Assembly: GCA_011522905.1 (NCBI GenBank)
Contig: WTIB01000314.1
Span: 1 to 25,583, forward strand
Reading direction: 5' to 3'
DNA: 25,583 bases
Source: Crocinitomicaceae bacterium
Lineage (GTDB): Bacteria > Bacteroidota > Bacteroidia > Flavobacteriales_D > Crocinitomicaceae
Part shown: one piece after another, positions 8,594-17,417 of the stretch
How the letters are laid out: the number at the start of each line of letters is the position of its first letter
How positions within the stretch are numbered: the first letter of the stretch is position 1
Program-made: the position numbers and the translations under genes
Notes under the pieces: model-generated
What the model was told of the DNA's origin: nothing
What the model saw: only the letters and a program-made list of their open reading frames with translations
Databases searched by the model: none

Positions 8594-9442
8594 ATGAAGT
8601 ACTTAAATATAACTATATTATCTTTTGGTTTAATATGTATATCCTCATGTTCAGGTGATATCGATTCAGCTTTAAATGTTAAAATTGAAAAGGAAGGTCC
8701 CGCTAAAACAAAAAAAGAGGGTCTTGCTTTTTTAGCTGAAAATAAAAAAAGACCGGAAGTAAAAATAACTCAATCTGGTTTGCAATATGAGGTCATTCGA
8801 GAAGGTAATGGTCCCAAGCCTGGACCTACTTCAAGAGTAAAGGTTCATTATCATGGGACGACACCAGCTGGTGACGTTTTCGATAGCTCCGTGGATAGAG
8901 GCCAACCTTCTGAATTTGGTTTGAATCAGGTGATTAAAGGATGGACAGAGGGATTACAACTTATGAGGGCAGGATCAAAATATAAATTTTTTATTCCTCA
9001 GGAATTGGCATACGGTGCAAACCCACAGCCTGGAAGCATTATTGAACCGTACATGCCACTCGTTTTTGAAGTTGAACTCTTAGAGGTATTGACAGATGCT
9101 CAACAAGAGAAAGAGGACGTTCCACTGACATCCTTGAAATTTGACAAGATGAAACATGATTTCGGTAAAGTTAAGGAGGATACAGATAATAAAACGTTTT
9201 TCACGGTAACCAACACTGGACAAAATCCATTGGTAATTGAATCGGTTAAAGCCAGCTGCGGATGTACTACTCCATCAAAACCTGAAAAGCCCATTGCACC
9301 AGGAAAGAGTGATAAAATTGAAGTGATTTTTCATCCAAAGGTCGGTCAGTTGAAACAACAGAACAAAACGATTCGTGTTGTTGCCAACACAGATCCTTCA
9401 GAAACCGTTCTCAATGTTGGAGCTTTTGTAGAGAAAAAATAG
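8594..9442 (+). CDS. Lipoprotein: FKBP-type peptidyl-prolyl isomerase fused to a C-terminal DUF1573 (Ig-like) domain
   Basis: Lipobox ISS-C19. FKBP motifs SGLQYEVIREG, VKVHYHGT, FDSS, VIKGWTEGLQLM, FIPQELAYG, LVFEVELL (about 8774-9088). DUF1573 motifs HDFG, NTGQNPLVI..VKASCGCT, PIAPG, KTIRVVANT (about 9128-9439). Confidence 0.85.
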   Translation: MKYLNITILSFGLICISSCSGDIDSALNVKIEKEGPAKTKKEGLAFLAENKKRPEVKITQSGLQYEVIREGNGPKPGPTSRVKVHYHGTTPAGDVFDSSVDRGQPSEFGLNQVIKGWTEGLQLMRAGSKYKFFIPQELAYGANPQPGSIIEPYMPLVFEVELLEVLTDAQQEKEDVPLTSLKFDKMKHDFGKVKEDTDNKTFFTVTNTGQNPLVIESVKASCGCTTPSKPEKPIAPGKSDKIEVIFHPKVGQLKQQNKTIRVVANTDPSETVLNVGAFVEKK

Positions 9443-9443
9443 A

Positions 9444-10739
9444 TTATTCCTCTTCGAAGTAATTCAAATCTTTTCCAAAAGTTTCTTGAAGTCTACTAAG
9501 ACTATAAAGAGCTAGGGAAATAAAAATCAAGCCTACAATTAATGCCGACCATGCATCTCCGAAGTTAAGTGCCATCAAGAATGCAAAGCTTGGCATGATG
9601 AGGTTAACTGAACCTCTAACAAAATTAGGAATTGTATTGGCAGTCGTTGAGCGAATATTGGTTCCAAATTGTTCAGCAGCCATAGAAACAAAAAGTGCCC
9701 AATAGCCTGTGGCACATCCCAGGAGAAAACAAACAAAATAGTACATTTCCGCAGAGATTCCTTCCATAAAGAAAAGGAATGAGATCACAAGTAATAGAGT
9801 AAACACCAAATACATTCTGATGACTTTTTTACGGCTTCTCAATACCTGACTCAATACCCCTGACAAAAGATCTCCAAAGGAAAGTCCAATGTAGGTATAC
9901 ATGATAGCTGTGCCATTCTTGATGTCATTTATTCCAAGTAAAGGCGCAAAATTATCTTTAGAATTCATGATCAGTAGGCCAACTACGAAATAAATGGGAA
10001 TGCCAATTACAATACAATGAATGTATTTCATTAGATTTTCTTTATTTCTAAATATTAAGCTAAGATTGCCTTTAGATACTTTTTTATCCTCAGACATATT
10101 TTTAAAAAATGATGATTCTATGGTTCCTACCCTGAGCAAAAGAAGCAATAGACCAAGCATACCACCAATGATGTAGGTGACCTGCCAGTTTTCAAATTGG
10201 TAACCTGTTAAGTCAAAAATCAAATTACCTATTACTTGGCCTTCTGCACCAACAAGAGATGCTACAACAGCACCTAATGCACCGAAGGTGACAATGATCA
10301 TTGTACCATATCCTCTTTTCTCTTTAGACATCATTTCTGATACAAGTGTGATTCCTGCACCGAGTTCACCTGCTAATCCAATACCTGCAATTACACGTAT
10401 GATGGCATAGGATGTTATATCTGTAACAAAAGCATTCGCAAGATTAGCAGCTGAGTACAATAAGATGGATCCAAAGAGCACTTTAAGTCTGCCCTTTTTG
10501 TCTCCAAGAATTCCCCATAGCAACCCGCCAATTAGCATTCCCCACATTTGCATATTGTACAAAAATTTACCTGTAGAAGCTTTTTCTTCAATTGAATAAC
10601 CTACCATAATTGAACTAACACTTTCACTTTTAACAACTCCGAAAAGTACCATGTCATAGATATCAACAAAATATCCTAATGCGGCCACAATGATTAATAG
10701 AATTACTTTTTTGTCGGTACCCTTATTCATTTCATTCAT
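9444..10739 (-). CDS. Major facilitator superfamily transporter, substrate unknown
   Basis: LGYFVDIYD, motif A GILGDKKGRLKVL, IAGIGLAGELGAG, AEQFGTNIRST; about 12 TM helices. Alternative start 10730. Confidence 0.88.
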   Translation of the reverse strand: MNEMNKGTDKKVILLIIVAALGYFVDIYDMVLFGVVKSESVSSIMVGYSIEEKASTGKFLYNMQMWGMLIGGLLWGILGDKKGRLKVLFGSILLYSAANLANAFVTDITSYAIIRVIAGIGLAGELGAGITLVSEMMSKEKRGYGTMIIVTFGALGAVVASLVGAEGQVIGNLIFDLTGYQFENWQVTYIIGGMLGLLLLLLRVGTIESSFFKNMSEDKKVSKGNLSLIFRNKENLMKYIHCIVIGIPIYFVVGLLIMNSKDNFAPLLGINDIKNGTAIMYTYIGLSFGDLLSGVLSQVLRSRKKVIRMYLVFTLLLVISFLFFMEGISAEMYYFVCFLLGCATGYWALFVSMAAEQFGTNIRSTTANTIPNFVRGSVNLIMPSFAFLMALNFGDAWSALIVGLIFISLALYSLSRLQETFGKDLNYFEEE

Positions 10740-10846
10740 AGAACGAAATTATAATTTTTGATGAAATATTTTTATTTCGTGATTGACCTTTAAATCCAAT
10801 GGGGAATCTTTTTTTTCTCCTTATTTTTATTCACAAATTAAATAAT

Positions 10847-11494
10847 ATGGTTCGAAATTTATCTGAGAAAGCATCAATTCTTGGGCAATATATGGCTGAA
10901 ATTAGAGATGTGAATATTCAAAACGATCCTATTCGTTTTCGAACAAACCTTGAGAGAATAGCGGAAATTATTGCATATGAGATATCAAAAACAATGACTT
11001 ACCATGAGATTGAGGTTAAAACGCCTCTTGGTATTTCCCGTGAATTTAGATTGACAGATGACCCAGTATTAATTACAATTTTAAGAGCTGGATTAGCAAT
11101 GCATAATGGTTTATTAAGGACTTTTGACAGGTGTGATAGTGCTTTTGTTTCGGCATACAGAGAGCATACCTCTCCTGAAGAGTTTAAGATTCATGTGGAA
11201 TATTTGGCAGCGCCAAATCTTGACAATCGAATTTGGATTATTTCAGATCCTATGCTAGCAACTGGAAGATCAATGGTTAATGTGTATAATGCACTTCTTG
11301 AATATGGAAAACCAAAAAAAGTGTATGTGGCTGTTTCGATTGCTACACCACAGGCTATTGAACTTGTTCAGAAATCATTACCACCGTCTGCTGAGATTTG
11401 GACTGGTGCTATTGATGCTGAACTTACTGCCGAATCTTATATTGTGCCAGGTTTGGGCGATGCTGGTGATTTAGCCTATGGAGTAAAAGTTTAA
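10847..11494 (+). CDS. upp: Uracil phosphoribosyltransferase
   Basis: ILRAGLAM, PRPP-binding loop IISDPMLATGRSM, YIVPGLGDAGD. Start at 10847 (MVRNLS) preferred over 10799. Confidence 0.93.
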   Translation: MVRNLSEKASILGQYMAEIRDVNIQNDPIRFRTNLERIAEIIAYEISKTMTYHEIEVKTPLGISREFRLTDDPVLITILRAGLAMHNGLLRTFDRCDSAFVSAYREHTSPEEFKIHVEYLAAPNLDNRIWIISDPMLATGRSMVNVYNALLEYGKPKKVYVAVSIATPQAIELVQKSLPPSAEIWTGAIDAELTAESYIVPGLGDAGDLAYGVKV

Positions 11495-11962
11495 ATGATG
11501 AAGTGGGCAGCATACAGTGCATTATTCGGATTGGCGACCTTTAAGTTTATGTTTGCGGCTTTTCCTGGGCCAGCTCTGAATATTAGTTTTTTGGAAACCT
11601 ATCTTTCAGTTGTCTTGGGTGGTACCTTCAGCTCAGCAGTTTTCTACTTTGCAAGTGATTTTTTCATGATTAAAGCGAATCAAAGACGCAAACGAAAAAT
11701 AGAGCAATTACTTAGTGAAGGAAAAGAAATTCCGTTTAAACGAAAATTTACACGAACCAATAAGTTTATTATTTATTGTAAACAAAAGTTTGGCATGTAT
11801 GTCATTTGCTTTTGGGCTCCTTTTTTTCTTTCTGTTCCATTGGGAAGTATTATTGTTGCTAAGTTCTATAGTAAGCTTCGGTATACCTTTCTCTATATAT
11901 TCATTGGGATGATGATCAATACGAGCATAACGACGTTTTTAGCTTATGTCATTTTCAGATAA
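11495..11962 (+). CDS. Small multi-pass membrane protein of unknown function (DedA/COG2426-like pattern)
   Basis: 155 aa: two hydrophobic segments, a very basic loop (NQRRKRK...KRKFTRTNK...KQKFG), then two more hydrophobic segments. Starts immediately after the upp stop. Family assignment by recollection only. Confidence 0.7.
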   Translation: MMKWAAYSALFGLATFKFMFAAFPGPALNISFLETYLSVVLGGTFSSAVFYFASDFFMIKANQRRKRKIEQLLSEGKEIPFKRKFTRTNKFIIYCKQKFGMYVICFWAPFFLSVPLGSIIVAKFYSKLRYTFLYIFIGMMINTSITTFLAYVIFR

Positions 11963-12659
11963 ACATATTTTTTTTGATTTGGATCGTACCTTGTGGGATT
12001 TTGATGAAAATTCAAAAGAGGCATTAAGGCAAATAATTAGGCATTATGATTTAATGGCATTATTTGGTTCTTTTGATAGATTTCACAGGGCATATGTAAA
12101 GCACAATTCTCGTCTTTGGGCTGATTACGGTAAAGGTATTTTGAAAAAAGATATTCTAAGATACGAGCGTTTCAATGCCACCTTGAAACAATTTGGAAAA
12201 AATGATTTGCATCTGGCGCAAGAGATGGGTGAGATGTATGTAGAAATATCTCCTCGGCAGACAAAGCAATTTCCGAATACCAAAGAAGTTTTAAGAGAAT
12301 TAAATGAAATGGGATATCACCTCCACATCATTACCAATGGATTCGAAGAGGTCCAATATATAAAACTTGAAAATTGTGGATTAAGGTCGTTTTTTGATGT
12401 AATTGTATGCTCAGAGGTGGTCGGTAAAAATAAACCGTCTTTAGCCATTTATAATTATGCATTAGAACAAGCAGGATGTTTGGCTGAAGACGCCATGATG
12501 ATTGGCGACGACTATGTAGCAGATGTTTCTGGAGCCTTGAAGGCTGGTCTTCAGGCCATTTTATTTGACCCACATGACTGTTCCTCTGAAAATTATGAAC
12601 ATACCATTCGAAATCTGAATGAAGTCCCTTTACTTGCTACTCAATTACTTCGGATATAA
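11946..12659 (+). CDS. yjjG: YjjG-family HAD pyrimidine nucleotidase
   Basis: Motif I FFDLDRTLWDF, motif II IITNG, motif III KP, motif IV MIGDDYVADV; overlaps the upstream gene by 17 nt. Confidence 0.85.
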   Translation: MSFSDKHIFFDLDRTLWDFDENSKEALRQIIRHYDLMALFGSFDRFHRAYVKHNSRLWADYGKGILKKDILRYERFNATLKQFGKNDLHLAQEMGEMYVEISPRQTKQFPNTKEVLRELNEMGYHLHIITNGFEEVQYIKLENCGLRSFFDVIVCSEVVGKNKPSLAIYNYALEQAGCLAEDAMMIGDDYVADVSGALKAGLQAILFDPHDCSSENYEHTIRNLNEVPLLATQLLRI

Positions 12660-12663
12660 AAAG

Positions 12664-13431
12664 CTAAGCGTTTTCCTGTCTCATTTTTTCGTAGAGAATA
12701 ATACCCGTAGCCACACTTACATTTAATGATTGGATTTCACCATGCATAGGAATTTTTGCGCGAACATCCGACAAATTAATGAGATCAGAAGTTATTCCAT
12801 TCTCTTCAGAACCCATAATGATACCAACAGAGCCCCTTAAGTTAATATCTTGAAGAGGAAGAGATGATTTTTCCGTACAGGCAATTAGTCGGATACCACA
12901 TTGCTGAATGTAAAACAGTGAATTTTTTAAATCATCTGTCTTACACACTGGGATTCGACTTAATGCGCCTGAAGAGGTTCTGACAGCATCAGATGATACC
13001 AGAGCTGAACCTCTCGAAGGAATTAAAATGGCATCTACTCCTTGGCATTCAGCGGATCGTGCTATAGCTCCAAAATTTCTAACATCTGTAATGCGGTCAA
13101 GGATAAGAATATTAACTTTTTGCTCTTTTTCAACCCATTTGTCAACTAAAGATTCAATATTTTGATACTCAATGGGCGTTACAAATGCGATTACGCCTTG
13201 GTGATTTCCAGAAGTCAATTTATTTAGCTTTTGTACGGGGACATACTGGATATTGTAATCTTTTCCGGCAAGTATTTCTTTAAGCTCACGAAAGTGTTCT
13301 TTATCAATACCTTTTTGAATCAAAATTTTATTCAATTCTTGTCCTGACTTGATGGCTTCTATGACGGGATGCACACCAAAGATGACATCTTTTTTTTCCT
13401 TCCTTGGATACCGATCTCTTTTTTCTTCCAT
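12664..13431 (-). CDS. rlmB: 23S rRNA Gm2251 methyltransferase RlmB (SPOUT/TrmH family)
   Basis: IFGVHPVIEAI, HQGVIA, ILDRITDVRNFGAIARSA, IMGSEENGI, IPMHGEIQSLNVSVA. Confidence 0.9.
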   Translation of the reverse strand: MEEKRDRYPRKEKKDVIFGVHPVIEAIKSGQELNKILIQKGIDKEHFRELKEILAGKDYNIQYVPVQKLNKLTSGNHQGVIAFVTPIEYQNIESLVDKWVEKEQKVNILILDRITDVRNFGAIARSAECQGVDAILIPSRGSALVSSDAVRTSSGALSRIPVCKTDDLKNSLFYIQQCGIRLIACTEKSSLPLQDINLRGSVGIIMGSEENGITSDLINLSDVRAKIPMHGEIQSLNVSVATGIILYEKMRQENA

Positions 13432-13432
13432 G

Positions 13433-13834
13433 TTAAGTGAATTTATATTCTATTTGCACATTGTTTTGAATTGTAAGCTCAACTGGGCATGCTCGCGCCA
13501 CTTGGATAACTTTAGCTAAGGTTTTTTCGTCCCATTCATTTTCAGAAAGCTTCATTTCAATACTTATTTTTTCAACCTTTCTTGGATGTGAGCTCATTAA
13601 TTTATTTACGCTTGCCTCACAGCTCTCAAATGATAGACCGTTGTTGTTACAATATATTCCAATGATGGTCATAGCGCATGAAGCTAAGGAGGTTGCCAAT
13701 ATATCCGTTGGTGAAAAAGCTTCACCTTTTCCATTGTTGTCAATTGGAGCATCTGTGATAAAAGTATCCCCAGATTTCAAATGCTTACATGCCGTTCTTA
13801 GATTTCCTAGATAGCTGACCTCAGATATTTTCAT
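13433..13834 (-). CDS. OsmC/Ohr-family protein (YhfA-like)
   Basis: TDAPIDNNGKGEAFSPTDILATSLASC ... ARACPV with two conserved Cys. Start at 13834 (MKISEV); the track's TTG at 13855 lies inside the promoter box. Confidence 0.87.
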   Translation of the reverse strand: MKISEVSYLGNLRTACKHLKSGDTFITDAPIDNNGKGEAFSPTDILATSLASCAMTIIGIYCNNNGLSFESCEASVNKLMSSHPRKVEKISIEMKLSENEWDEKTLAKVIQVARACPVELTIQNNVQIEYKFT

Positions 13835-13852
13835 TAGAGTAAATTTATGACG

Positions 13853-13860
13853 CAAAGTTA
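13853..13860 (-). promoter_or_regulatory. -7 promoter element TAACTTTG for osmC-family - rlmB
   Basis: Exact TAnnTTTG match, 18 nt upstream of ATG 13834. Confidence 0.65.
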
Positions 13861-13910
13861 CATTATTTCAGACCACTTTCATGTACATAAAATCGGAATG
13901 TATATAACCT

Positions 13911-13918
13911 TACTTTTG
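13911..13918 (+). promoter_or_regulatory. -7 promoter element TACTTTTG for the propeller-protein pair
   Basis: Exact TAnnTTTG match upstream of ATG 13928/13949; divergent from the osmC promoter. Confidence 0.6.
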
Positions 13919-13948
13919 CCTATCTTTATGGCTCAAATTAATCGCGCT

Positions 13949-16900
13949 ATGAAATTTATCACAACTGCATTTCTTTTATTTCTTTTTTGTACTTCATGCT
14001 TTTCTCAAAATGAAATGAAGTATAAAGCACGGCCAAACTCACCTCTTTGGGTAAAATCTATGTATGCAGAAAATCCAGATGCTGAGCAGGTAATTGAACA
14101 ATATAAATCGTATTACCAAACCCATGAGTTTGTAAAAAATGAACATACGCAATATTACAAGAGGTGGCTCAGATCATTAAGCCGAGAAGTATTTTTCGAT
14201 CCATTTTCCAAGGATGGAAAAGATTACCTTCAAAGGTCGAAGAATATCAACATGTTAAAAGACGAGAATTCAGAGTGGTCATGTATTGGTCCTTATGATT
14301 TTGATATTGACGCTGCAAGTAGAAGTTACGCTCCAGGTGCAGCTCATGTTTATACTGTAAAGCGTTGCCTGAGTGATCCCAATGTCATGTATGCGGGTAC
14401 AGCGACGGCTGGAATGTGGAAATCGATTGACGCAGGTTTAACATGGTTTTTAACCACTCGTGATTTGGTACTAAATAGAATTTTTGCGATTGAAATAGAC
14501 CATAGTAATCCTGATATCGCATTTTTTGAGAGTGGAGGAAGTGTGTATAAAACGCTTGATGGCGGTTTAACGTGGGCAATTATTGGTGATGCTGCTTTTC
14601 AATCTCAATCGCATGGCGTGAAGGATATAGTGATGTCTCCGGATGATTCTAACATCATTTATCTTACTTCGAATAATGGATTTTATCGGACCACTGATGG
14701 AGGCGCGAACTGGACGCAAATTTTATCAGGTGAGTTTCAAGAAATTGAATTAAATCCTGCCAACTCGGATATGATATACACCATCAAGGTGATTGGAGAT
14801 TACACGGAATTCCATAAAAGTACAGATGGTGGGTTAACTTTTAGTGCACAAACTAATGGTTGGCCAAGTCCACAGCAGGCTGGTGACCATCAACGTCGGG
14901 TTGAAATTGCAGTGACTCCTGCTGATCCAAGTTTGGTGTACGCCAATGCCACAGGCTCGGCAAATGGTGGAAGTGGTACTTATGGGATATACGTTTCCAA
15001 TGATGAAGGAAATACTTGGACATTTACTTGTTGTGGATCTCAACCCGCGGGACCACCTTCGCTTACCAATATCAATATGATGGGATGGGATAAAGAAGGT
15101 GAAGATGATGGTGGACAGTATTACTACGATGTTGCTCTAGCAGCGGATCCAGTAAACCCTCTCAAATTACATTTAGGAGGAGTTAACCACTGGGTTTCAG
15201 AGGACGGAGGAGTCACCTGGGTATGTCCAGCAAAATGGTCTGAACCGCATTTAGATGAGTATGTCCATGCAGATATTCACGATATTCGATTTTTTGGAAC
15301 AGAGCTATGGATTGCCTGTGACGGTGGAATCTTTAAATCTTTTGATGGTGGGGATAACATTGATAAAACCATGGTTGGTATTGAAGGGACTGATTTTTGG
15401 GGCTTTGGAGCAAGTCCTCAAAGTGATGTTATGCTCGGCGGATGCTATCATAATGGAACATTGTTAAAAGACAACAATACCTACATCAATGATTGGATTT
15501 GTACTGGAGGTGGAGATGGGGTGCGTGGTTTTGTCAACTTTGGTAATGATCGAATTGCTTATGATGACTATGAAGGGCGATATCTTTCTGGTGACCGCAC
15601 AGTAAATATTAATGGTTTTCAATTTGATTCACTTCCGAATGCGTCATACATATTTGGAGAGTCATCAACAATGGAGTGGGACCCAAGAAATAATAAGCAT
15701 ATTTTCATAGGTAGAGGAACAAATCTCCTCAAAACGGAAGACAATGGAATGACCTATGATATTGTACATGCTTTTCCGCACAGGGTAATGAATATTGAAT
15801 TATCTAGAGCCAACCCTGATTACATGTATTTGGCAACTTATGAAAGCTGGTGGGGAGCAAAAAAAATATGGAGGTCTACTGATGGAGGTCTGTCATGGAC
15901 GGACATTACTCCGCCATCATCCTTGTTAAATGGAGAGGAGTGGGTGCCATATGATATTGCGGTTAGTGCCAGCGATGAAAATGAAATATGGGCAGCCAGA
16001 ACATCGCAATACGGAAGTACAAACCTTAATGGAAGAATGATATTCAAATCTACTGATGGTGGAAACACATGGAGCAACTATACGAGTGCATCTCTCAATG
16101 GTGAAGTCATAACCAACATTGAACATCAGAAGGGAACAAATGGAGGTATATACATTGGTACAAGAAGGGCCGTATATTACCGAAATGCAACGATGAATGA
16201 ATGGGCCTTATTCAACAATAATCTTCCTCTAAGCTCGACTTCAACAAAGTTGGTCATAAAATACAAAGACCGTCTACTGCGAAATGCCACAAATAGAAGT
16301 GTTTATGAAGTGGAGCTCTATGAAGATTCTGAACCAATGGCTCAAATTGCGGCGGATAAGTTTAAGGTTTCTTGTTTAGACAATCAGGTTCAATTTATTG
16401 ACCATTCGGTGCTATCTTCAATGAATCCAACCTGGGAATGGACTTTTAATGGAGGGACACCGGCTGTATCCAATGAACAAAATCCTATTGTTCAATACAA
16501 TACTCCTGGTTTTTATGATGTTACTTTGACCGTTACAGATGACTATGGAACGAGTACGCAATCTTATTCAATGTTCATTGAATACGAAGAAAATGTGGCT
16601 CCTCTTGATGTAATTGAAGATTTCGAGGTGGGTATTACTGATTTTTGGACACAGTACAACGCAAATAATTCATATGGATGGGCACCTTTTTATACAGAAA
16701 ATGGTCCTGATTGTGAGCCTACAAATTGTGTATTTATCGATCATTACTCCATAAATCAGGTGGGTGACGAGGCAGAATTAATCACCCCGAAAATTGATTT
16801 AAGCTCAGCGGTGAGTGCATATCTTGAATTTGACTATGCTTACACGAAGTGGGGAGGTTCCTACGAAGACGGCTTTAGAATTGACGCGAGTACTGACTGC

Positions 16901-17368
16901 TGGGATACCTATGACACTTTGTTTTATGCTTTTGGTGATGATTTGATAACTGTTCCTAGCACAAATGATGAGTGGTATCCTCAAGATTGTGCCGATTGGT
17001 CTGTTGACAATTATGTAGACCTTTTGCCATATGTTGGTCAAAATGTGGCCTTACGTTTTGTAGGAATAAACGGTTGGGGAAATAACTTTTTTATGGATAA
17101 CATTAATGTATCTGGTCAGCTAAGTGGGGTCGATCAATTGGAACTCCCATTTTCGGTATATCCAAATCCAAATAATGGGTTATTTACCATTTCACATGAA
17201 TTATCAAATCCCAAAGTAAAAGTAATGTCACCTGATGGTCGTTTGGTTTGGAAAGGTGATTTACTCCAAAAAAAGCAAGAAATTCAGATCAATTCAAGTC
17301 CTGGCATATATATGATCCACGTTGAAGACATGGATAAATCATATGTGACAAACATTACCATTCATTAA
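13949..17368 (+). CDS. T9SS-secreted protein: Asp-box (BNR/VPS10-like) beta-propeller region + PKD + jelly-roll (cleaved-adhesin/MAM-like) domain + type A T9SS CTD
   Basis: Signal MKFITTAFLLFLFCTSCFS-Q. About 10 Asp-boxes (WKSIDAGLTW, YKTLDGGLTW, YRTTDGGANW, HKSTDGGLTF, YVSNDEGNTW, WVSEDGGVTW, FKSFDGG, LKTEDNG, WRSTDGGLSW, FKSTDGGNTW). PKD motifs WEWTFNGG..NP.VQYNTPGFYDVTLTVT. EDFE...LITPKIDLS...LRF..MDNINV domain. CTD VYPNP (17156)...GIYMIHV. Start 13949 or 13928; 13847 is upstream of the promoter. Confidence 0.87.
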   Translation: MKFITTAFLLFLFCTSCFSQNEMKYKARPNSPLWVKSMYAENPDAEQVIEQYKSYYQTHEFVKNEHTQYYKRWLRSLSREVFFDPFSKDGKDYLQRSKNINMLKDENSEWSCIGPYDFDIDAASRSYAPGAAHVYTVKRCLSDPNVMYAGTATAGMWKSIDAGLTWFLTTRDLVLNRIFAIEIDHSNPDIAFFESGGSVYKTLDGGLTWAIIGDAAFQSQSHGVKDIVMSPDDSNIIYLTSNNGFYRTTDGGANWTQILSGEFQEIELNPANSDMIYTIKVIGDYTEFHKSTDGGLTFSAQTNGWPSPQQAGDHQRRVEIAVTPADPSLVYANATGSANGGSGTYGIYVSNDEGNTWTFTCCGSQPAGPPSLTNINMMGWDKEGEDDGGQYYYDVALAADPVNPLKLHLGGVNHWVSEDGGVTWVCPAKWSEPHLDEYVHADIHDIRFFGTELWIACDGGIFKSFDGGDNIDKTMVGIEGTDFWGFGASPQSDVMLGGCYHNGTLLKDNNTYINDWICTGGGDGVRGFVNFGNDRIAYDDYEGRYLSGDRTVNINGFQFDSLPNASYIFGESSTMEWDPRNNKHIFIGRGTNLLKTEDNGMTYDIVHAFPHRVMNIELSRANPDYMYLATYESWWGAKKIWRSTDGGLSWTDITPPSSLLNGEEWVPYDIAVSASDENEIWAARTSQYGSTNLNGRMIFKSTDGGNTWSNYTSASLNGEVITNIEHQKGTNGGIYIGTRRAVYYRNATMNEWALFNNNLPLSSTSTKLVIKYKDRLLRNATNRSVYEVELYEDSEPMAQIAADKFKVSCLDNQVQFIDHSVLSSMNPTWEWTFNGGTPAVSNEQNPIVQYNTPGFYDVTLTVTDDYGTSTQSYSMFIEYEENVAPLDVIEDFEVGITDFWTQYNANNSYGWAPFYTENGPDCEPTNCVFIDHYSINQVGDEAELITPKIDLSSAVSAYLEFDYAYTKWGGSYEDGFRIDASTDCWDTYDTLFYAFGDDLITVPSTNDEWYPQDCADWSVDNYVDLLPYVGQNVALRFVGINGWGNNFFMDNINVSGQLSGVDQLELPFSVYPNPNNGLFTISHELSNPKVKVMSPDGRLVWKGDLLQKKQEIQINSSPGIYMIHVEDMDKSYVTNITIH

Positions 17369-17417
17369 AACCTTTTTATCAATATTATTTATTTTACCAA
17401 AAATTAAAATTTATCAA

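Noticed and set aside
8449-8600. tRNA-Leu as a possible genomic-island integration site
   Set aside because: No integrase, no duplicate of the tRNA 3' end seen in the window (only short GGTTCGAA matches inside fadN and upp), and the flanking genes look like ordinary chromosomal genes.
13847-13948. Long N-terminal extension of propeller protein 1 overlapping osmC head-to-head
   Set aside because: It spans both promoter boxes and precedes a clean signal peptide; treated as an ORF-caller artefact, as are the 10799, 13855 and 24424 starts.
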